The notes beneath the pieces were generated by a model. That model was given only the letters and a program-made list of their open reading frames with translations. It did not search any database and had not been told where the DNA came from. A stretch of DNA of 32,000 bases from Paenibacillus sanfengchensis (lineage in GTDB: Bacteria > Bacillota > Bacilli > Paenibacillales > Paenibacillaceae). The position numbers and the translations under genes are program-made. Below, piece after piece: positions 23,598-31,647 of the stretch. How positions within the stretch are numbered: the stretch's first letter is position 1; the number at the start of each line of letters is the position of its first letter. Location of the stretch: assembly GCF_036864765.1 (NCBI RefSeq), contig NZ_JBAGJC010000005.1, positions 340,143 through 372,142 of the forward strand. The letters are read 5' to 3'.

Positions 23598-24884
23598 TTG
23601 GTTAAAAAGAGATACGCGATCGTGGGCGTTGGCGGAAGGGCGGAATTTTTTTACAGCGCGCTGGCCACGACTTATAAGGAAACCACGGAACTGGTCGCCA
23701 TCTGCGATGTCAACCAAACGCGAATGAATTATGCGAACGAACTGTTGAGAGACAAGTACGGTTATCCCCCTGTTCCCGCCTATAAAGCGGAATACTTCGA
23801 GAAAATGATCCGGGAGCGGACACCGGACGTGGTTCTTGTATGTACGATTGACCGGACCCACCATAAATACATCACCCACGCGATGGAGCTTGGCTGCGAT
23901 GTGATTACGGAGAAACCCATGACCATCGATGCGGAAAAGTGCCGGGATATTTTCGAGGCGATCGGGCGAACGGGCCGGCAATTACGGGTGACGTTCAATT
24001 ACAGGTATGCGCCGCATAATACGAAGATCCGGGAGTTGATCCTGGACGGGGCGATTGGAGAGGTGCTGTCCGTCAACTTTGAATGGCTGCTGAATACCGA
24101 GCATGGAGCCGACTATTTCCGCAGATGGCACCGCGATAAACGCAATAGCGGAGGCTTGCTCGTCCATAAATCGACCCACCATTTCGACTTGATGAACTTT
24201 TGGCTCGCTTCGCAGCCCGATACGGTTTTTGCGATGGGAGATTTGCGGTTCTATGGAAAGGAGAACGCCGAGAAACGGGGAGTCACGCAATTCTATCAAC
24301 GCGCCTACGGAAGCCCGGCGGCCGAGAGCGATCCCTTCGCCCTTCACCTGGACCGGAATGAGCATTTAAAGCGGATGTACCTTGAGGCCGAACATGAGGA
24401 CGGGTACCAGCGGGACCAAAGTGTCTTTGGCGACAACATCAGCATTGAAGATACGATGAGCGTGATGGTGAAATACAAAAATAAAACCGTCATGAACTAC
24501 TCGCTCAACGCCTACATGCCTTGGGAGGGGTTTATCGTTGTGTTTAACGGAACCCGCGGACGCCTGGAGGTGCGCGTTACGGAACAGTCCTACGTCAACT
24601 CCGGCGGAAAGAAGGAGAACGAAGGCGCGCTTGGAGGCATCCGGATGACAGTCTATCCTCATTTCGGAGAGCCTTATCGGGTAAGCATCGAGCAGGGCGC
24701 GGGCGGCCACGGCGGAGGTGACCCCCTCCTGCTTCGGGACCTGTTCGGCCATGCCGAGCCCGACCGGTTCAATCGGTCCGCTTCCCATATCGATGGGGCG
24801 CTGTCCATTATGACCGGTATCGCCGCCAATCGGTCCATGCAAACGGGACATCCGGTGAAAATCGACGAGCTTTGGAAAGGCTGA
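23598..24884 (+). CDS. Gfo/Idh/MocA family oxidoreductase
   Basis: An N-terminal Rossmann segment YAIVGVGGRA, the EKP motif (VITEKPM), and a C-terminal alpha/beta domain. The TTG start at 23598 lies 6 nt after GGAGGG. Confidence 0.88.
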   Translation: MVKKRYAIVGVGGRAEFFYSALATTYKETTELVAICDVNQTRMNYANELLRDKYGYPPVPAYKAEYFEKMIRERTPDVVLVCTIDRTHHKYITHAMELGCDVITEKPMTIDAEKCRDIFEAIGRTGRQLRVTFNYRYAPHNTKIRELILDGAIGEVLSVNFEWLLNTEHGADYFRRWHRDKRNSGGLLVHKSTHHFDLMNFWLASQPDTVFAMGDLRFYGKENAEKRGVTQFYQRAYGSPAAESDPFALHLDRNEHLKRMYLEAEHEDGYQRDQSVFGDNISIEDTMSVMVKYKNKTVMNYSLNAYMPWEGFIVVFNGTRGRLEVRVTEQSYVNSGGKKENEGALGGIRMTVYPHFGEPYRVSIEQGAGGHGGGDPLLLRDLFGHAEPDRFNRSASHIDGALSIMTGIAANRSMQTGHPVKIDELWKG

Positions 24885-24972
24885 AACTGGCGTATTTACA
24901 ACTCGGAAAGAGCACCAGAAAATGCCATAGCAGATGCAATTATGGTATAATGAATAGGCAATAGAAAAGGCG

Positions 24973-25008
24973 AATAGACCGCCCTCATCCAAAGGTTGCG
25001 GTCTATTT
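24973..25008 (+). terminator. Terminator-like hairpin after the oxidoreductase gene
   Basis: AATAGACCGC (24973-24982) / GCGGTCTATT (24998-25007) followed by TCT, a weak U-tract. The arms are the same sequence as those of the hairpin at 21797-21833. Confidence 0.55.
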
Positions 25009-25137
25009 CTGACTGTCAAGCCGTAAAGCCGCCGCCCTTAAAAGCGGCTATTGCATCCGGAACCGTGTTAGCTGCACGGTTCCCTTTGCATTGTTCGTAT
25101 CTTCTACCCAAACTATACCACGATTGGATCAAAATCA

Positions 25138-25163
25138 AAACCACCCGTGTGAACGGGTGGTTT
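25138..25163. terminator. GC-rich hairpin with A/T-rich flanks (possible bidirectional terminator)
   Basis: CCACCCG (25141-25147) / CGGGTGG (25154-25160), extended by A-T pairs. AAAATCAAAA lies upstream and TTTGCTCT downstream. Confidence 0.45.
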
Positions 25164-25311
25164 GCTCTAAGGCTATAAGCCTTTATTACCGGCTCGCGTC
25201 TAAAGGCGCTAGCTTTCACTACGTTCAAGCTACTATACCGCTGCCGCTTTTGACTACCCCATGAAGGGGTGCGATTATTACTAGCACCCCGTCAAACAAC
25301 CTTGATAACAT

Positions 25312-25500
25312 AAAATCCCTGCATATCTGCATGCTTTTTTCCTGTTTGGACTCAAAATTTCTAAATACCTGCAAATCTGCAGGAATTTTCGACGAAACCG
25401 GCTCGTTTCTCTAAAATCGCTGGAAATGCCTGCAGATTTGCATCTTTTTTCGCATTCCCTCGGGAATCGGCTTAAATACCTGCAGATTTTCATCTTTTTG
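25312..25500. repeat. Four copies of a palindrome-containing repeat (AAAT-N-CCTGCA-N4-TGCA-..-CTTTTTT), arranged as two units of about 111 bp
   Basis: The cores are CCTGCATATCTGCA (25318), CCTGCAAATCTGCAGG (25368), CCTGCAGATTTGCA (25429) and CCTGCAGATTTTCA (25479). Spacings are 50, 61 and 50 bp. Each core is preceded by (A/T)AAAT(A/G/C) and most are followed by a T-run. Confidence 0.8.
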
Positions 25501-25658
25501 GAGTTGGAAGCTTGGAAGCACACTAGGCGCCTCTTTGGATGTGACATATCACTTCCATTAGCCATTAAGCCACCCTTTTCCTTTCGTTATACATCGTAGC
25601 TTGAACACTCCTATGATAACGACCCCATCAGGTGGTTTTTGGCTATAAGCATCACTAC

Positions 25659-25688
25659 ACCACCCGCATAGCAGGTGGTTTTTTGTTT
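25659..25688 (+). terminator. Terminator-like hairpin with a U-tract in the gene-free region
   Basis: ACCACC (25659-25664) / GGTGGT (25674-25679) followed by TTTTTTGTTT. The stem is short (6 bp). Confidence 0.4.
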
Positions 25689-25852
25689 CGCACGCTTCGC
25701 CAGCTCAACTGGCTAGAGCCCCAAATAAAAAGCGGCCGCCATCCTTAGTTAAACTTCTCGACGGACAAATCCGCGATCGGCTGCCCAAGACAAAAATCCC
25801 GATGGCCGATTTCCCAACTTACAGAAATTGAACCTAGAAACCAAACCCAGCC

Positions 25853-26662
25853 TCAATTTCCGGCGCTCTCATACCGCCGCAGGCCGATGCGCAAGATCAG
25901 CAAAGCCAGGCCGACGAAATAAGCGGCCACGAGCGGACTCAGCCACCCCCACCAGCTCCAGGGCTCTCTGCCGAACAGCGCGGCGGCCGGAAAGAAGCTG
26001 ACGAACGCAAACGGAACGACGATGGAAATGAACAACTGCAGCCCCATGGAAAAAATCGTAATCGGGTATTTGGCGAATTCGCCCAAATTATGAATCATGA
26101 CCGGGAAGGCGTTGCCGCTGCTCCGTATCCAAAAAGCCGAGCAATTCGCGGCCAGGTTGATCGCGACCCGGATCGTCATTGCCGAGGCGAACAGCAGAAG
26201 CGCCATAAAGATGGTCTGAAGATTCCACACGATATCGATATGGGACAGCGACATCGCGATGATCGCCCCGCCGATCACGATATTTCCGAGCCCGTTCATC
26301 CCGATCCCCGTGCAGAAAATCTGCAGAACGATCGGCACCGGCCGAACCAGGTAACGGTCCAGCTCCCCCAAGTTAACCAGACGAAGCATCCGCCAGGTGC
26401 CTTCAAAAAACAGTGAGCCGAAGCCCTCCGAAACATAAATCGCCGCGTACATAAAAGCGATCTCCCAAAGCCCCCAGCCCTGAATGTCGGGAATCCGGGA
26501 AAAAACCACCCACAAAAACAGGAAGCCGGTGATTTGAGTCAAGGCGGCGGCTCCGATCATAATGTAGAAATCGGCGGAATACTCCATCATCGCCTTCAAC
26601 TGCTGGCTATAAAGACGCCAGTATAAATAAAGAATCCGCCGCGGTGAATTTTTGATCGACAT
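25853..26662 (-). CDS. ABC-2 type transporter permease (second permease of the operon)
   Basis: A polytopic membrane protein with about 6 hydrophobic segments, similar in layout to the upstream permease. The ATG at 26662 (MSIKNSP...) lies 4 nt after GGAGGA and 1 nt after the upstream stop. The track start at 26674 lacks an SD. Confidence 0.8.
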   Translation of the reverse strand: MSIKNSPRRILYLYWRLYSQQLKAMMEYSADFYIMIGAAALTQITGFLFLWVVFSRIPDIQGWGLWEIAFMYAAIYVSEGFGSLFFEGTWRMLRLVNLGELDRYLVRPVPIVLQIFCTGIGMNGLGNIVIGGAIIAMSLSHIDIVWNLQTIFMALLLFASAMTIRVAINLAANCSAFWIRSSGNAFPVMIHNLGEFAKYPITIFSMGLQLFISIVVPFAFVSFFPAAALFGREPWSWWGWLSPLVAAYFVGLALLILRIGLRRYESAGN

Positions 26663-26663
26663 T

Positions 26664-27455
26664 TTATCCTCCATGAATCGTGATTTGCTGGACGGCCCCG
26701 GACCACATCCACTTACCGAGCAGCCACAGCAGAACGATCCAGATCCACTGGATCCCGATCAGTCGCAGCGCCTCGCTTCCCTCCGTCATTCCGAGACCGA
26801 TCGTCACCGGCGTATTGACAATCCCCTGGAACGGAAGCAGCATCGCCGCCGATTGCAGCCAGGAAGGGAAGAACGCCAGCGGCGCAAGCGCCCCGGACAA
26901 CAGATTGGTGATCGCCGTTCTCGCCCAGTAGATGCCGAAGCCGCTGGTGGTCCAGAAGCAGAGCAAGGCCGACAAATAGACGATGCCGAACTTGACCAGA
27001 ATCGATGAAGCCATGCTAAGCAGGAACAACAGCAGTGTCACCGCATCGCTCGGGAGCGAAACCCCCAGGGTGAACACCGCCCCCAAACCGATGAGCAGGC
27101 AGCTCAGCAGCCCTTCCAGGACACAGGAGCCAAGGGATTCCGCCAGCCTGGCTTTTTGAAACTGAATCGGGCGAAGCAGGTCCATCATGACGCTGCCGTC
27201 GATAATTTTGTTGGTGATGCTCGATTCCGAATAATAGGACAGCATGGAGTTCACGAAAAAGGTAATCAGCAGGTACGATTGCATCTGTTCCCACGTAAAG
27301 CCGGAAAGCTCCGCCCTTCCGGTATAGATGGCCTGCCAGAGGCAGTACATCGCGATCAGCCCGATAAAATTGGCCAAAAAGTTCAATATAAAAGATAGCC
27401 GGTAAGCGAGCGTATTCTGCATGGAACAGAGTGCCAGGGAAAGGTATTTTTTCAT
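26664..27455 (-). CDS. ABC-2 type transporter permease (first permease)
   Basis: A 263-aa polytopic membrane protein. Its ATG at 27455 lies 6 nt after the frameshift-corrected ATPase stop codon (plus 27462-27464). Confidence 0.8.
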   Translation of the reverse strand: MKKYLSLALCSMQNTLAYRLSFILNFLANFIGLIAMYCLWQAIYTGRAELSGFTWEQMQSYLLITFFVNSMLSYYSESSITNKIIDGSVMMDLLRPIQFQKARLAESLGSCVLEGLLSCLLIGLGAVFTLGVSLPSDAVTLLLFLLSMASSILVKFGIVYLSALLCFWTTSGFGIYWARTAITNLLSGALAPLAFFPSWLQSAAMLLPFQGIVNTPVTIGLGMTEGSEALRLIGIQWIWIVLLWLLGKWMWSGAVQQITIHGG

Positions 27456-27461
27456 GACCGG

Positions 27462-28515
27462 TCAGGCGCTCCCCCTTCCCGCCAGCGATAAGGACTCGGA
27501 ATCCAGTTGGCCCTCGTAAACTTGGCGGATGATCTCCTCGATGCTTGGGCTCGTCGATGCGAAAATCGACGACTTCGCCCCGGCTCATTAGCCGCTTGAC
27601 GATATCGCTGGCCGTACAGCGGAAGCGGTCGAACCGAATGGATAAGGATAGCGTGCCCTGACTCTGCTCCTCTGCGGGCCGGACGACCCGGACATCGGGA
27701 AGATCCCGAAACAGGCTCTCCGCTTCCGGAATCGGTGAACTCAGCTGCATATGTATCGTTCGCTCACGCGCAAACGCGTCCTTAACTTCCCGCAGTTTGC
27801 CGTCGTATATGATCCGGCCTTGGTCGATAATGATAAGCCGCTCGCATAAATCCTCAATATCCCCCAGATCATGCGTGGTCAATAGCATCGTTGTGCCTTT
27901 ATTGCGGTTCATTTCCTTAATAAAGTCCCGAATCCGGTGCTTGACCGCCACATCAAGGCCGATCGTCGGCTCATCCAGATAGACGATTTTGGGATCATGC
28001 AGCAGAGCTGCGGCCAGATCGGCCCTCATCCGCTGACCGAGCGACAGCTTGCGGGCGGATAAATGAAGAAAATCCTCCATCCCGAGCAGTTCTGCAAACG
28101 CATCCATGTTTCTTTTGAACGTTTCCGGCGGCACCTGATAGATATCCCGGAGCAGCCCGAGCGATTCGCGAACCGGGATGTCCCACCACAGCTGGGTCCG
28201 TTGGCCAAAAACCGCCCCGATCCGCTGAGCGTTCTCCATCCGCTGCTTGTGGGGGACAAGCCCGTCCACCCGAATTTCACCACCGGACGGTACCAGCACG
28301 CCGCTAAGCATTTTGATCGTCGTCGACTTGCCCGCGCCGTTGGGCCCGACATAGGCGACGGTCTCCCCTTCCTCGATGGTCAGATCGATCCCCTCCACCG
28401 CGTATTTGTCGCGATAGCGCTGGGTAAACAAATGCTTGACCGCCCCGGCCAACCCAGGTTCTTTCACCGCCTGCCGGAATACCTTCCGCAGGCCTTTCGT
28501 TTCAATCAGACTCAA
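27462..28515 (-). CDS. ABC transporter ATP-binding protein carrying an apparent 1-nt insertion about 27 codons before its natural stop
   Basis: Walker A GPNGAGKST, signature LSLGQRMR, Walker B IVYLDEPTIGLD and an H-loop TTHD are present. After ...VVDFRIDEP the track frame runs on for about 170 more codons across the next gene. Shifting by one base at 27545-27546 gives SIEEIIRQVYEGQLDSESLSLAGRGSA-stop at 27462-27464, a typical C-terminus ending just before the permease start. The TTG start at 28515 follows GGAAGGGA. Confidence 0.85.
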
Positions 28516-28717
28516 GTGGCAATCCCTTCCTTTTGGCTTCCAATTCCTTACTATTATAAAAGAAAGCCGGCCGCCTTCCTACCCTAAAAATTAGGGAACT
28601 TATCCCCTACTTTTTTAAACTCAATGCAGCACCGAGGCACAATTAGACAATTCTATCGCCACCCGCTATGATGTGGACAAATGAACCGTTGCATGCGGCT
28701 GCGGGAAAGGAGGAACC

Positions 28718-29545
28718 ATGAATTCTTTTTATCAAAACTGGAAGTTGGATCAAGGGCTGCCGATGGTCATTCACCGGTCCGCGGACCTCGATTTTTATCC
28801 CCACTTCCATGCCGAGGTGGAATTCGTTTATGTCGAGTCGGGCGAGATCCGGATCGGAGTCAATAAGGAAAGCCGGCTTCTCGGTCAAGGCGATATGGCC
28901 GTCATCGGCAGCAACGATATTCACTTCTACGACAGCAGGGGCCTTAACTCTGTGATTATCATCGCTATTTTTCATCCGGAGATGGTCGGCAAAGCATTGG
29001 GGTGGCCTGCCGGCGTCCGCTTTGCCTCCCCGTTTATTTGCGGCCAGCAGCATGATCTCGCCCCGCTGATTCATCCACTGCTGGAGAGGACCCTACGCGA
29101 AAAAAGAGACGCCCTGCGCGGCCATGAATTGTTCATTCAGGCCAGCTTGGCCGAACTGTGCGGAACGCTGCTGCGCCAGCTTGACATCATCTCCGTTCCG
29201 CCGGCTCAGGATGAGGCCGATCCCGGGCGGGATCGCATTCAACAGATCCTCTCCTATATCGAGAACCATTACCGGGAGGACTTGTCCGTCGAGACGATTT
29301 CGGCTCACTTTCAAATGGGTCCCTCTTATTTTTGTCGTATGTTTAAAAAGAACGTCGGCATGAATTTCAAAACGTTTCTCCATACGATTCGGGTGCACAG
29401 CGCCAAAAGAATGTTGGAAAACAGCGCCGCCAGCATCACCGAAATCGCGCTGGAATGCGGATTCGGCAGCATCCGCACTTTTAACAGGGTGTACCGGGAA
29501 TTTCAGGGGCATTCCCCGTCCGCATACCGCAAGGAGACGAAATGA
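28718..29545 (+). CDS. AraC family transcriptional regulator (cupin plus HTH)
   Basis: The cupin reads FYPHFHAEVEFVYVESGEIRI...GDMAVI. The AraC HTH reads VETISAHFQMGPSYFCRMFKKNVGMNFKTFLHTIRVHSAKRMLE...ITEIALECGFGSIRTFNRVYREFQGHSPSAYRK. The SD is AAAGGAGGA. The gene is divergent from the ABC operon. Confidence 0.9.
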   Translation: MNSFYQNWKLDQGLPMVIHRSADLDFYPHFHAEVEFVYVESGEIRIGVNKESRLLGQGDMAVIGSNDIHFYDSRGLNSVIIIAIFHPEMVGKALGWPAGVRFASPFICGQQHDLAPLIHPLLERTLREKRDALRGHELFIQASLAELCGTLLRQLDIISVPPAQDEADPGRDRIQQILSYIENHYREDLSVETISAHFQMGPSYFCRMFKKNVGMNFKTFLHTIRVHSAKRMLENSAASITEIALECGFGSIRTFNRVYREFQGHSPSAYRKETK

Positions 29546-29680
29546 ACAGTGCCTGAGTGCAATTTTTGACCAGTTTGGGAGCATAAAGTGGCGAGAGATT
29601 CGCCGCTCAGTTTTTTTATAATAGGGGTAGCCTGAAGATTGATTTTGAAATAGCCAAATCATCCGTGATGGAGGAATTCT

Positions 29681-30847
29681 ATGAATCAGTTGCGCATAGG
29701 TATGATCGGTTACAAGTTTATGGGAAAAGCCCACAGCAATGCCTATCGTTCCCTCCCGATGTTTTTCCCCCAAGCGGTAAAACCCGAAATGGCCGTCCTG
29801 TGCGGAAGAGACGGCAAGGCCGTGGCCGAAGCGGCGGATCAAATGGGCTGGCAGGCTTATGTCACCGACTGGAAGGAGCTGGTCGTTCGGGACGATATCG
29901 ATTTGATCGACATCAACGCCCCTAGCAACGCGCATAAGGAAATCGCGCTGGCTGCCGCCCGGGCCGGGAAGCATATTTTTTGCGAAAAACCGTTAGCGCT
30001 TACACTGGGGGACGCCCGCGAGATACTGGAGGCCGCCGAGGAATCCGGGGTTCTCCACATGGTCGGCTTCAACTACCGGTTCTCTCCCGCGGTCCAGCTG
30101 GCCAAGAAGCTACTCGAAAGCGGCCGGCTCGGGAAAATTTATCATTTCCGGGCCTGGTTTCTTCAGGACTGGATTCTCGATCCGGACTTCCCGCTCGTAT
30201 GGCGGCTGCAGAAGGAGATCGCGGGTTCCGGCTCCCACGGCGACCTCGGGGCGCACCTGATCGACCTCGCTCACTACCTGGTCGGCGATATTCGCGAAGT
30301 GATCGGGATGAGTGAAACCTTCATCAAGGAGCGGCCGCTGGCCGAAGAAATGACCGGGCTCAGCGCCAAAGGCGCCAAAGGGAAAGATGCGCCGAAAGGC
30401 CCGGTCACCGTGGACGACGCCACGCTGTTTCTGGCCCGTTTCGAGAACGGGGCGCTGGGAAGCTTCGAGGCGACGCGGTTTGCGGCCGGACACCGCAGCA
30501 CGAACGCGTTTGAAATTAACGGAAGCCTGGGCAGCGTGAGGTTTGATTTTGAACGGATGAACGAGCTGGAGGTTTATTTTACCTCCGACGAGGAGGACGT
30601 GCAGGGCTTCCGGCGCGTGCTGGCTACCGATCCGGCGCATCCATACGCCGAGGCCTGGTGGCCCCCGGGCCATACGATCGGCTTTGAACACACCTTCATC
30701 CATGAAGTGCTGGAGCTCACCCAGGCGATTTCCGAAGGGCGCAACCCGGTACCGAACTTCCGGGACGGTGTGCGGTGCCAGGCGGTGCTGGAAGCGGTGG
30801 AGCGTTCGGTTCTCGAACGCCGCTGGGTCGGCCTTGCGGAAATGTAG
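29681..30847 (+). CDS. Gfo/Idh/MocA family oxidoreductase
   Basis: IGMIGYKFMGKAH Rossmann start, the CEKPLA motif, and a GFNYRF dimerisation-domain start. The SD is GGAGGA. Confidence 0.9.
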   Translation: MNQLRIGMIGYKFMGKAHSNAYRSLPMFFPQAVKPEMAVLCGRDGKAVAEAADQMGWQAYVTDWKELVVRDDIDLIDINAPSNAHKEIALAAARAGKHIFCEKPLALTLGDAREILEAAEESGVLHMVGFNYRFSPAVQLAKKLLESGRLGKIYHFRAWFLQDWILDPDFPLVWRLQKEIAGSGSHGDLGAHLIDLAHYLVGDIREVIGMSETFIKERPLAEEMTGLSAKGAKGKDAPKGPVTVDDATLFLARFENGALGSFEATRFAAGHRSTNAFEINGSLGSVRFDFERMNELEVYFTSDEEDVQGFRRVLATDPAHPYAEAWWPPGHTIGFEHTFIHEVLELTQAISEGRNPVPNFRDGVRCQAVLEAVERSVLERRWVGLAEM

Positions 30848-30899
30848 AAACCAATCAGAGGACCGGTTGGATCCGGTTTTAAGGAGACGAGGGATAAAC

Positions 30900-31631
30900 A
30901 TGAAAAAAGCGCTGATTGTATGGGGCGGCTGGGACGGTCATGAGCCGGAGCAAGTGGCGGCGATTTTTGCCGGCATCCTGCGGGAACACCGGTTCGAGGT
31001 GGAGGTCTCGGATACGCTGGAGGCTTACGCCGATGCCGAGAAACTGCTAGGGCTGGATTTAATCGTCCCGGTATGGACGATGGGAGACATCGCCCAGCAA
31101 CTGGTGAACAACGTGTCCGCCGCCGTCCAGGCCGGGACCGGGCTCGCCGGCTGCCATGGCGGGATGGGCGATTCCTTCCGCAGCAACGTGGACTGGCAGT
31201 TTATGACCGGCGGCCAATGGGTGGCGCATCCCGGAAACGACGGGGTCGAGTACAAAGTGGAGATCAAGCAGAGCTCCAGCCCGCTGGTGGACGGCATGGA
31301 CGACTTCCTCGTCCGGACGGAACAATACTATCTTCACGTAGACCCCGCCGTCGAGGTGCTGGCGACAACCCGGTTTCCCGTGGCGGACGGACCGCACCGT
31401 TTCAACAAAGCGGTCGACATGCCCGTCGTATGGACCAAGCGTTGGGGGCACGGGCGCGTCTATTACAACTCGCTGGGCCACCATGCCGACATCGTCGAAC
31501 TCCCCCCCGTAAAAGAACTGATGACCCGGGGACTGCTGTGGGCGGCCGAGGGCAAGAACCTGGCCCTTTCCCAAAGCCGAGGCACCGGCTCAAGCTACAC
31601 CGGGATGGGCGACAGCCAGTATCGGGCATAG
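30900..31631 (+). CDS. ThuA domain protein (trehalose-utilisation-like, class I glutamine amidotransferase-like fold)
   Basis: MKKALIVWGGWDGHEP..., ...VAHPG..., ...WTKRWGHGRVYYNSLGH... are typical of ThuA-like proteins. The start is placed at the ATG at 30900 after AAGGAGA; the track ORF start at 30684 overlaps the upstream gene. Confidence 0.85.
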   Translation: MKKALIVWGGWDGHEPEQVAAIFAGILREHRFEVEVSDTLEAYADAEKLLGLDLIVPVWTMGDIAQQLVNNVSAAVQAGTGLAGCHGGMGDSFRSNVDWQFMTGGQWVAHPGNDGVEYKVEIKQSSSPLVDGMDDFLVRTEQYYLHVDPAVEVLATTRFPVADGPHRFNKAVDMPVVWTKRWGHGRVYYNSLGHHADIVELPPVKELMTRGLLWAAEGKNLALSQSRGTGSSYTGMGDSQYRA

Positions 31632-31647
31632 GGAGGAGAAATTGAGG

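Noticed and set aside
23550-25019. Minus-strand ORFs (143, 127 and 217 aa) opposite the 428-aa oxidoreductase gene
   Set aside because: These are antisense artefacts. The plus-strand gene has the Rossmann and EKP motifs and a good SD.
25058-25084. Hairpin GGAACCGTG-TTAGCTG-CACGGTTCC considered as a group II intron domain V
   Set aside because: It is too short (a 9-bp stem, no 2-nt bulge, no AGC catalytic triad at the 5' base), and no intron-encoded reverse transcriptase or other domains lie nearby.
25312-25500. Possible CRISPR array
   Set aside because: There are only four imperfect copies with alternating 50/61-bp periodicity. The 'spacers' are themselves pairwise similar (a duplicated ~111-bp unit), the repeat cores are only about 14-16 bp, and no cas genes lie nearby.
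25281-25565. A 94-aa Cys- and Lys/Arg-rich minus-strand ORF with a plausible GGGTGG SD
   Set aside because: Its reiterated ICRYL/CRYAGIL peptides are a direct consequence of the four DNA palindromic repeats. Composition and repeat structure fit a non-coding repeat array better than a protein. It is kept only as an alternative hypothesis in the findings.
27016-27461. C-terminal ~150 aa of the 499-aa track ORF for the ABC ATPase
   Set aside because: This is read-through in the wrong frame over the first permease gene, caused by the apparent 1-nt insertion at 27545-27546. The sequence is Arg/Gly/Pro-rich and overlaps a well-supported membrane protein gene.
28643-30901. Minus-strand ORFs of 143, 293 and 263 aa opposite the AraC and Gfo/Idh/MocA genes
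   Set aside because: These are antisense frames of well-supported plus-strand genes, with Arg/Pro/Gly-rich products and no SD.
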